A stretch of 13,083 nucleotides of DNA from an uncultured bacterium. GTDB lineage: Bacteria > Abyssobacteria > SURF-5. Each line of letters begins with the position of its first letter. Within the stretch, counting starts at the first letter, position 1. Position numbers and translations under genes: made by a program. Of this stretch, positions 1 to 6,304 are shown one piece after another. The stretch is taken from positions 1-13,083 of the forward strand of contig CAZEBC010000005.1 of assembly GCA_964510165.1 (NCBI GenBank), written 5' to 3'. Under the pieces are notes generated by a model. The model did not search any database. It was not told the DNA's origin and was given only the letters and a program-made list of their open reading frames with translations.

Positions 1-462
1 CCGGGCGAGGGCCCGCTCGATGCGCCTGCCATGCTGATAGGTGAAGCTCCCGGGAAGAAGGAAGACGAATCCGGCAGGCCGTTCGTCGGACCTGCCGGGA
101 AATTCTTTGATGAATTGCTCGGGGAAGTCGGGATCAGGAGGGAAAGAGTATTCATAACGTCGACCGTCAAGTGTCTCCCGGTCGACTCGCAGAAGCCGGC
201 GCGCGAAAGCATAGAGGCGTGTAATCCCTATCTGCAAGGGCAGGTGGAACTGGTGCGGCCGGGCATCCTGTGTCTGATGGGAGGCGTGGCCGCCAGGACG
301 ATGCTCGGCATTGACAGAGTGGCCGATATCCGTGGCAGGATACTCGATCTGCCGGAGGCCCGGTACCTCGTAACATATCATCCGCAAGCGGCCCGGAGAT
401 TCCCCGACATTCGTAATAAGATGCGAAGCGATTTCGAGCTTCTGGCGGAGCACATATGTTAA
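1..462 (+). CDS. udg: Uracil-DNA glycosylase, family 4-like (5'-truncated by window edge)
   Basis: Frame is open from base 1 (PGEGPLDAPAMLIGEAPGKKED). Motif A GEAPG..E, GRPFVG.AG, VKC and EAC cysteines, motif B TYHP. The ATG at 31 is internal. Confidence 0.92.
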   Translation, partial: PGEGPLDAPAMLIGEAPGKKEDESGRPFVGPAGKFFDELLGEVGIRRERVFITSTVKCLPVDSQKPARESIEACNPYLQGQVELVRPGILCLMGGVAARTMLGIDRVADIRGRILDLPEARYLVTYHPQAARRFPDIRNKMRSDFELLAEHIC

Positions 463-510
463 AGGGCTGTCCCGCAATTGAGAACCCGGCGAGGCGACGC
501 CGCGATCGAA

Positions 511-557
511 GCCCCTCACCCTGCCCTCTCCCGGTGGGAGAGGGTTGGGGTGAGGGC
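511..557. repeat. Imperfect ~20-bp-arm palindrome (boxC-like interspersed repeat) between convergent genes; possible bidirectional terminator
   Basis: gcccctcaccctgccctctccc-ggt-gggagagggttggggtgagggc: pyrimidine-rich left arm, purine-rich right arm, 3-nt loop. Confidence 0.8.
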
Positions 558-561
558 TGCC

Positions 562-1026
562 TTACTCCAATATCTCGATCAGGTCCAGCCTTTGCGCCGT
601 GAACTTGATGACATCGCCCGGGGTGAAACGGGACACATCGTCCGACGGGATGATGTAGAGCTTGCCGAAGCCGGCGTCAACAAGCATGTCCTGGTCTTCC
701 TTGTTGGTTTCCAGGACTCTCGCGATCATGGTTACCCTGGAAGGGTCTTGGGTCTGCCAGTCGAAGTCATTCTCCAGCAGCCGTGGCGCTCCCGATTCGA
801 GGAAGGCGATTTCTCCATCAATGTAAGGGACGCAGAGGACAATCTTCTTGTTTTTCCCCAACCTCGATTCATTGACGGCGAACCCCATGAAGTCGAACAG
901 GCGAATAACAGTCCCCCCGTCAACCCTGACCTCGACCGTCTGCTCGTAGGACATCCCGTCAAGTTTGCAGCGGGCCGTAAAGGAAAGAATCTCGACTTCC
1001 GCAAAATGCTCATTATTGAAATGCAT
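562..1026 (-). CDS. Hypothetical protein (154 aa, predicted beta-rich)
   Basis: ATG at 1026 preceded by AAAGGA SD (gaaaaggattgacaATG); overlaps the upstream SGNH gene end by 14 nt; protein-like composition only from MHFNNEH onward. Confidence 0.75.
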   Translation of the reverse strand: MHFNNEHFAEVEILSFTARCKLDGMSYEQTVEVRVDGGTVIRLFDFMGFAVNESRLGKNKKIVLCVPYIDGEIAFLESGAPRLLENDFDWQTQDPSRVTMIARVLETNKEDQDMLVDAGFGKLYIIPSDDVSRFTPGDVIKFTAQRLDLIEILE

Positions 1027-1906
1027 TGTCAATCCTTTTCGTGAGGCCGCGAGGCTCGTTACCCAGGGCCGTCTCCAACCCCTCGATCCATCTCTGCGCC
1101 ATCTTCTCTTCACCGACTTCATTCGGATGAAGGCCATCATATGTGTCAGTGTCGGGGGAGAAGCTCTTGGCCTGGTCAACCAGAATGATGCGGGATGCTT
1201 TCGTGTTCATGTCCCTGCCAAGGTCTTCAATGCGATCATTCAGCTCGTCAATGTTTCGATTCACATCCGCGTCGCCGGTTGGTATCAATGTGGCAAGAAG
1301 AACGATGACGCGTGGGTTATCGGTGCGAAGCGTGGTTATGATTTGCCTCAATTCCTTGACCGTGCTCGAGACACTCTGCCTTTCGAGCATATCATTTGTT
1401 CCGAGATGCATCAGAACGATGTCCGGGGTGTAGTCCTTCAGCCACTCCGACAGTTTGCCGTCTTTCGATCCGTAAAAACCGTCGAGGATTTGGTCGGAGC
1501 GCCATCCCCAGTGTCCTTCGTGATCTCGATCGAATGAATGCTCCTTATAGTCGGGCCAAGTCGGATTGCCTCTCCAGTTCGAAGCCACAGAGCCGACGAA
1601 ATCAAATTGAATGCCGGAGTCGACGAGCTTTATCCATAAATTGTAGCGATAGCTTTTGTGAACTCCGTCGCCCTGCGTGATGGAATCCCCAAGCGGCAGG
1701 ATGCGTACCGGCTCGAAGCGGTCTGCGTCAAGAGAAAAGGCATTTCCCCTCAGTGCACTGTCACTACTAATCTCGCCCTCGGCCCCATGCTTGCCGACCC
1801 ACTCCGCAGGAGCAAATACAGTGACCGCCGCTAGGACGGCACATCCCGTAACGACTGCAAAGATTGCGGTGACGTGCCTCCACCGGTTCTGTTCTCGCCC
1901 TTTCAC
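1013..1906 (-). CDS. SGNH/GDSL hydrolase (XynB-like/CE3-like esterase) with N-terminal signal or membrane anchor
   Basis: Block I LGDSITQG, block II HEGHWGW, block III HLGTND, block V DGLHPN; basic N-terminus followed by hydrophobic VTAIFAVVTGCAVLAAVTVFA. Confidence 0.92.
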   Translation of the reverse strand: MKGREQNRWRHVTAIFAVVTGCAVLAAVTVFAPAEWVGKHGAEGEISSDSALRGNAFSLDADRFEPVRILPLGDSITQGDGVHKSYRYNLWIKLVDSGIQFDFVGSVASNWRGNPTWPDYKEHSFDRDHEGHWGWRSDQILDGFYGSKDGKLSEWLKDYTPDIVLMHLGTNDMLERQSVSSTVKELRQIITTLRTDNPRVIVLLATLIPTGDADVNRNIDELNDRIEDLGRDMNTKASRIILVDQAKSFSPDTDTYDGLHPNEVGEEKMAQRWIEGLETALGNEPRGLTKRIDNAFQ

Positions 1907-1920
1907 TCTCGCCCTTTCAC
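1893..1920. repeat. Perfect 14-bp tandem duplication spanning the SGNH start codon
   Basis: tctcgccctttcac at 1893-1906 and 1907-1920. Confidence 0.95.
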
Positions 1921-1938
1921 TTTGTCCCCGGTTTTAAG

Positions 1939-1966
1939 ATTATAATACCTTTTCTCGCCAAGGCAA
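1939..1966 (-). promoter_or_regulatory. Putative sigma70 promoter for SGNH gene
   Basis: Minus strand TTGCCT-N16-TATAAT, about 20-35 nt upstream of the GTG codons. Confidence 0.6.
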
Positions 1967-2029
1967 TTCAATTGGCTCATTGTATGCGGGCAATGCGTCT
2001 CAAAAGTATACGACTATTAAGAGGTGTTT

Positions 2030-2046
2030 TGTGCCATATTGCGACA
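2030..2046. promoter_or_regulatory. Putative enhancer-binding-protein site (UAS)
   Basis: Imperfect dyad TGTGCCATATTGCGACA (TGT-N11-ACA) about 150 bp upstream of the predicted sigma54 start site. Confidence 0.4.
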
Positions 2047-2110
2047 GCGAGGGGATTCAGGGCCTAAGCGGATAAGCGACACCGGACGAAGTTATGTATA
2101 ACATATTTAT

Positions 2111-2123
2111 TAGCAATAGGTTG
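2111..2123 (+). promoter_or_regulatory. Putative IHF site
   Basis: TAGCAATAGGTTG, one mismatch to WATCAANNNNTTR, with an AT-rich 5' flank, lying between the putative UAS and the sigma54 promoter. Confidence 0.45.
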
Positions 2124-2159
2124 TGGCATACGAGTTTTCTCTGCGGGGGTGTCTTTCGT

Positions 2160-2175
2160 TGGCATAGCCTATGCT
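2160..2175 (+). promoter_or_regulatory. Putative sigma54 (-24/-12) promoter of hsp20
   Basis: TGGCATAGCCTATGCT fits TGGCA, GG-N10-GC spacing and TGCW; 47 nt upstream of the Hsp20 ATG. Confidence 0.65.
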
Positions 2176-2222
2176 TGCATACTTATGTAGAGAAATAAAT
2201 GATATGGAAAGGAGTGAGCTCA

Positions 2223-2714
2223 ATGGCTCTGATCAGACACAGAATGCTCAATCCGTTCACCGGCCAGGCCGATTGGTCTGAGCTTGTGGGCGGCATGTTC
2301 TATGATTTCCCTAGACTGCACACCCACGAAGCGTATCCATTCTATGGCATGGAGGGGGGACTTGAGGCAGCCTGGCATCCGTCTGTGGACATGTACGAAG
2401 ATGACGACAAGGTGTACGTGAAGCTTGATTTGCCGGGCATGAAGAAAGAGGATATCGACATTTCATTTGATGGCCACGTTCTGAGCATCACCGGCCGACG
2501 GGATGAGGAGAAGGAATTCGGTGACGATGTTTGCTATTGGTTCAAGGAACGTCGGAGCGGAGAATTTCATCGGTACGTTCATGTGCCGCTCGAGGTCGAC
2601 GGCGACGACCTGAAGGCAAATTTTGAGAACGGCGTCTTGACAATAAGCGTTAACAAGGCTGAAAAGGCCAAGAGAAAAAAGATAGCGATCGAATCCGGAA
2701 CTACAACCTCGTAA
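2223..2714 (+). CDS. hsp20: Hsp20/alpha-crystallin small heat-shock protein (163 aa)
   Basis: WHPSVDMYE, DLPGMKKEDIDI, ERRSGEFHR, A.FENGVLTI, C-terminal IAI (IxI) motif; SD AAGGAG upstream of ATG 2223, preferred over ATG 2199. Confidence 0.96.
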   Translation: MALIRHRMLNPFTGQADWSELVGGMFYDFPRLHTHEAYPFYGMEGGLEAAWHPSVDMYEDDDKVYVKLDLPGMKKEDIDISFDGHVLSITGRRDEEKEFGDDVCYWFKERRSGEFHRYVHVPLEVDGDDLKANFENGVLTISVNKAEKAKRKKIAIESGTTTS

Positions 2715-2754
2715 GAGGATAATATAATTCCTCTTGACCCGCAACTCAGACAGG

Positions 2755-2789
2755 AAGCGCCGGCGCGCACATGCGTGCCGGCGCTTTCC
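2755..2789 (+). terminator. GC-rich hairpin downstream of hsp20, probable terminator or 3' stabiliser
   Basis: aagcgccggcgcgc-acat-gcgtgccggcgctt: 14-bp stem with one G:U; U-tract is short. Confidence 0.6.
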
Positions 2790-2991
2790 AGTCATGCTCA
2801 ATCTCCGTATCGCCTGCGGTTGCAATTTCAGGGCGAAATGTGGTAAGCTTTTTCCCAATCAAAACTTGGAATACAGACCTTTTCGATTGCACACTTCTGG
2901 CAGCTTGCGTGGAGTTCTTCATAACCCACGAAACCGACCACGACACATTTTCACTCCGGACGTCTTTAGGGAAGAGAGAGGGGACGCGCGG

Positions 2992-3768
2992 GTGCAGCGG
3001 CATTTTGCAGGGGCGCCGGCCAAGCGGCATGACGCCTACACTATCGGTTCCGGCAAGAACGCTTGTCTGCTCGTGCACGGGATAGCAGGCTCTCCGGCGC
3101 AGTTGCGTTTGCTCGCTGAATTCCTTGGAGAATCGGGCTTTACGGTCCGCGCGATGCTCTTGCCGGGCCACGGCACCCAACCGGAAGACCTGGAGGGGGT
3201 GGTCTGGCAGGACTGGTATGAACATCTGCATGACGAGTATCGGTCGCTGAAGGAGACGCACGGCTCTGTATTCCTCGTCGGCTTTTCCATAGGCGCCGCG
3301 CTTTCAGCCCACTATGCCACGCATAATCCCGTTGACCGGCTGGTCCTTCTGAGCCTGCCGCTATGCCCGCTCAATGACAGATTCCCGACCGGTTTGATGC
3401 TCAGACTTTACAGCCTGTTCTTCAAGGAAGTGAAGGGGAGACCCGCGCGGGTCACGGATTCCAATGGAGATACCTTCAGTTTTGTGTATGACAAGGTTCC
3501 CACAGCGATCTTGCACACGATGTCCGAGCTTGTTGATATCGTCAGGGACAACCTGGGCCGCATCCATGCGCCGGTGCTCATAATCCAGTCGAAAAACGAC
3601 CCGATCTCCGGCAGCAAGAGCGGACCGCTTGCGTTCCGCCGGATGCGTTCGCGCAAGAAGGAGATTCTGATGCTGGAGCGCAGCGGTCACAGCGTGATAA
3701 TGGATGTCGAGCGGGGGTTGGTGTTTGAACGAGTGGCGTCCTTTCTGAACGGGAATTGCTCCACATGA
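2992..3768 (+). CDS. Alpha/beta-hydrolase, carboxylesterase/monoacylglycerol-lipase-like (258 aa)
   Basis: LLVHG, LPGHGT, nucleophile elbow GFSIG, Asp in KNDP, His in SGH; GTG at 2992 follows an AGAGGGG SD. Confidence 0.9.
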   Translation: MQRHFAGAPAKRHDAYTIGSGKNACLLVHGIAGSPAQLRLLAEFLGESGFTVRAMLLPGHGTQPEDLEGVVWQDWYEHLHDEYRSLKETHGSVFLVGFSIGAALSAHYATHNPVDRLVLLSLPLCPLNDRFPTGLMLRLYSLFFKEVKGRPARVTDSNGDTFSFVYDKVPTAILHTMSELVDIVRDNLGRIHAPVLIIQSKNDPISGSKSGPLAFRRMRSRKKEILMLERSGHSVIMDVERGLVFERVASFLNGNCST

Positions 3769-4748
3769 AAGCACTGTATTCGGTTGTTATAAAGAGCATC
3801 ATACTCATTGCCTTGTGTGTGTTCTCGACCGCGCCGCTCTTGCGGGCGGAGGAGGCTCTGAGCGACCAGTTGAAGGACGGGGAGGAATCATCGCCGAGCG
3901 AGCGCGTCGTTGCTGTGCTTGTGTCAGTCGGGAGGACGGAAAACACGCGCAAGATGTTCGCCGATGTGCCCAATCTGGACCTGCTCGAGGTCAATGGCGT
4001 CCCGATGATTATGCATGTGTACAATGCGCTGCGTAACTCTCGTTATGTGCAAAAGATAATCGTCGTTGCGGCGCCCGAGGTCGAAGAGGCGCTTGAAATC
4101 GAGGACGACCCTGTGACCTCGTTTGTGCTTGACCGCGGCGACGCAGCCGAAAACGTGCGCTACGGCATAGATGAAATCTCCACGGATGACCTCATCATGT
4201 TCGTCCCTTCAGACCTCGTGCTCGTGACGTCGGAGGGCCTCGACCGCCTCATAGAGCGCGTGCTTGAGGAAAAGGACGTCGATTTGTTCTTTCCGATCGT
4301 GAGTCGCGAGGTGTGCGAAAGGGATTACCCCGAGGAGCGCCGCACATATGCTACCTTCAAGGAGGGCGAATACACGGGCGCTCACGTGGAGTTCTTGAGG
4401 CCCGAACTTTTTCTGAAGAATGTCGACCAGGTGGCGGCGAACAAAGACAACCTCTATAATGTTTACCACATGCGGAAGAGCACACTGGGCATAGTGCGGT
4501 TTCTCGGGCTGAGATTGACGCTCAAGTATCTGTTTGGGGCGTTATCTCCGCGCGACGTGGAGCAGCACATACTGGAAAACTACAGGGTCACAGCGAAGGC
4601 GGTCATCTGGGATGATGCGGACCTCACGACCGACCTCAGTGAGCCGCGCGACGTCCAGATGATCAAGCGGGTCCTGGAGAAACGCTCGCTTGCCCAGTCG
4701 GGGCAGCACACAGGTGACGCGCCAAAGAGGCCGGCTCAACAGAGTTAA
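3765..4748 (+). CDS. MobA-like NTP-transferase-fold protein with N-terminal signal peptide and degenerate nucleotide-binding motif (327 aa)
   Basis: ATGA overlap with esterase stop; EVNGVPMIMHVYNAL..S..VQKIIVV, PSDLVLV, FFPIVSRE, RTY..KEG.YTG match the fold; N-terminus MKALYSVVIKSIILIALCVFSTAPLLRA-EE. Confidence 0.75.
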   Translation: MKALYSVVIKSIILIALCVFSTAPLLRAEEALSDQLKDGEESSPSERVVAVLVSVGRTENTRKMFADVPNLDLLEVNGVPMIMHVYNALRNSRYVQKIIVVAAPEVEEALEIEDDPVTSFVLDRGDAAENVRYGIDEISTDDLIMFVPSDLVLVTSEGLDRLIERVLEEKDVDLFFPIVSREVCERDYPEERRTYATFKEGEYTGAHVEFLRPELFLKNVDQVAANKDNLYNVYHMRKSTLGIVRFLGLRLTLKYLFGALSPRDVEQHILENYRVTAKAVIWDDADLTTDLSEPRDVQMIKRVLEKRSLAQSGQHTGDAPKRPAQQS

Positions 4749-4775
4749 ATTGCGGCATGGTGTCCTCAATTTAAC
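4744..4775. promoter_or_regulatory. Inverted repeat upstream of the radical SAM gene (operator or RNA hairpin)
   Basis: gttaaattg (4744-4752) and caatttaac (4767-4775) are perfect reverse complements around a 14-nt, partly pairable centre. Confidence 0.5.
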
Positions 4776-4816
4776 CAGTCCCGCGAAGATCAGGGCGCGC
4801 AAGAGGAGAAGAGACT

Positions 4817-6190
4817 ATGAACGTGGATCACGCGCTCGCCTATCTGAAGGCCAAGGGGCTTTCGTTCGTCCTTCCTGCGTTGTCGGGGAATGAGCAGATA
4901 TTCGGAGCGCTCATCGAGAAGCTGAAGGACAGCTCCTCCGCCAAGGCGGTCGCAAACATCAAGAGCGCCGACCCGGAGAAAAGGCAGCGGGTTATCGAGA
5001 GCATGGACATGTTTTTCGGCATGGTCAGGCGCAACCTGCCCCGCCTCTCGGAGAGCACCCAGAAGAAGCTTGCCTTCAACATGTTTTTCAACCATCTCAC
5101 GCTGGGGCAGGAAGCGCGCGACCGATATAGTGCGACCTATGGCGAGCCGCCGCCGTTTCTGCTCGTGATCAGTCCCAGCATGAGGTGTAATCTGAACTGC
5201 TTCGGCTGTTACGCCTGGGCGTACGACAAGTCCAAGGAGTTGACGCGCGAGGAGGTCAGCGGCATCATTCGTCAGGCGAAGAACGATCTCGGCATCTACT
5301 TCATAACCATCAGCGGCGGGGAGCCGACCATCTGGCCGCATCTGTTCGATATCCTTGAGGAACACAACGACGTCTTCTTTCAGATTTACACGCACGGCAT
5401 GAACATAGACGACGCCATGGCAAGGAAGATGAGCGATCTCGGCAACGTGCATCCGGCCATCAGCATCGAGGGCGGCCCGAAGGAAACCGACGAGCGCCGG
5501 GGGAAAGGCGCGTACGATAAAATACTCGCCTCGATGGACCGACTGCACAGAGAGGGCGTGCTCTTCGGATTCTCCGTGACTCACACTCAAAAGAACCATC
5601 ATGCCGTGACCAGCGAGGAATTCATCGATGAGATGATTAAGCATGGTCCTGCGTTTGGCTGGTACTTTCAGTATATCCCGACGGGCCGCAGTCCCGATCC
5701 CTCGCTCATCCCGACCGCTCAGCAGCGTCTTGAACGGTACGCCGCCGTGGAGAGATTCCGGCGGACAAAGCCCATCCTCGTGTACGACTTCTGGAACGAC
5801 GGCGAGGCTACCGAGGGCTGCCTGGCATGGGGGCGCAAGTACCTGCACATCACGGCGAGCGGCATGGTGGAGCCGTGCGTGTTTTTGCACCTCGCGAAAG
5901 ACAACATTCGCGACAGGTCTTTGGTTGAGATACTGAACTCGCCCTGCTTCAAAGAGGCCCGGTCATTGCAGCCGTTCAATGACGACCACAGGCGCCCGTG
6001 CTGCATTATCGACAACACCGAAGCGCTTCCGTACCTCTACAAGAAGCATTGCCTCGTTCCCACGCACGACGGCGGCGAGCGAGTTGTGACCGACCTTCAT
6101 GAAGTGCTGGAGCGCACCTCGCAGGAATATAAGGCGAGACTCGAACAACTCGATCTCGCGCAAAAGGCGGGCGCACATCCCGCGGAATAG
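4817..6190 (+). CDS. Radical SAM enzyme with C-terminal SPASM/Twitch-like extension (457 aa)
   Basis: CNLNCFGC (CxxxCxxC), SGGEP, GCLAWGR..LHI...G.VEPC, RPCC; strong SD AAGAGGAG. Confidence 0.95.
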   Translation: MNVDHALAYLKAKGLSFVLPALSGNEQIFGALIEKLKDSSSAKAVANIKSADPEKRQRVIESMDMFFGMVRRNLPRLSESTQKKLAFNMFFNHLTLGQEARDRYSATYGEPPPFLLVISPSMRCNLNCFGCYAWAYDKSKELTREEVSGIIRQAKNDLGIYFITISGGEPTIWPHLFDILEEHNDVFFQIYTHGMNIDDAMARKMSDLGNVHPAISIEGGPKETDERRGKGAYDKILASMDRLHREGVLFGFSVTHTQKNHHAVTSEEFIDEMIKHGPAFGWYFQYIPTGRSPDPSLIPTAQQRLERYAAVERFRRTKPILVYDFWNDGEATEGCLAWGRKYLHITASGMVEPCVFLHLAKDNIRDRSLVEILNSPCFKEARSLQPFNDDHRRPCCIIDNTEALPYLYKKHCLVPTHDGGERVVTDLHEVLERTSQEYKARLEQLDLAQKAGAHPAE

Positions 6191-6253
6191 ACGTAATAGA
6201 ATAAGGCGAGTTTAAGGAGTGTTGTCGCTGCTGCGCAACGTGAGTTTTCAGGA

Positions 6254-6286
6254 GGCGGACGGGGCCATCGCTCCGTCCGTTTTGTT
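6254..6286 (+). terminator. Intrinsic terminator-like hairpin between radical SAM and GH3 genes
   Basis: ggcggacggggc-catc-gctccgtccgtt stem with U-rich tail ttttgtt (6280-6286). Confidence 0.65.
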
Positions 6287-6304
6287 AGGACTCGGAAGCG
6301 CGCC

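Noticed and set aside
478-1044. 188-aa plus-strand ORF beginning ...PHPALSRWERVGVR
   Set aside because: N-terminus is just the translated palindromic repeat; the rest is antisense to the 562-1026 gene.
1027-1179. N-terminal extension of the hypothetical protein in the ORF track
   Set aside because: Lies inside the SGNH coding region in another frame; ATG 1026 has a good SD.
2110-2136. Possible CIRCE (HrcA) operator upstream of hsp20
   Set aside because: Only TTAGCA matches; the right arm GAGTGCTAA is absent.
2713-2735. Small inverted repeat aagagga...tcctctt at the hsp20 stop
   Set aside because: Only 7 bp with a 9-nt AT loop; too weak to call next to the stronger hairpin at 2755.
2734-2991. 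86-aa N-terminal extension of the esterase in the ORF track
   Set aside because: Crosses the hsp20 downstream hairpin, is Arg/Cys-rich and non-protein-like; GTG 2992 has a proper SD.
4790-5890. 366-aa minus-strand ORF
   Set aside because: Antisense shadow of the radical SAM gene; no motifs; expected from GC-rich codon bias.
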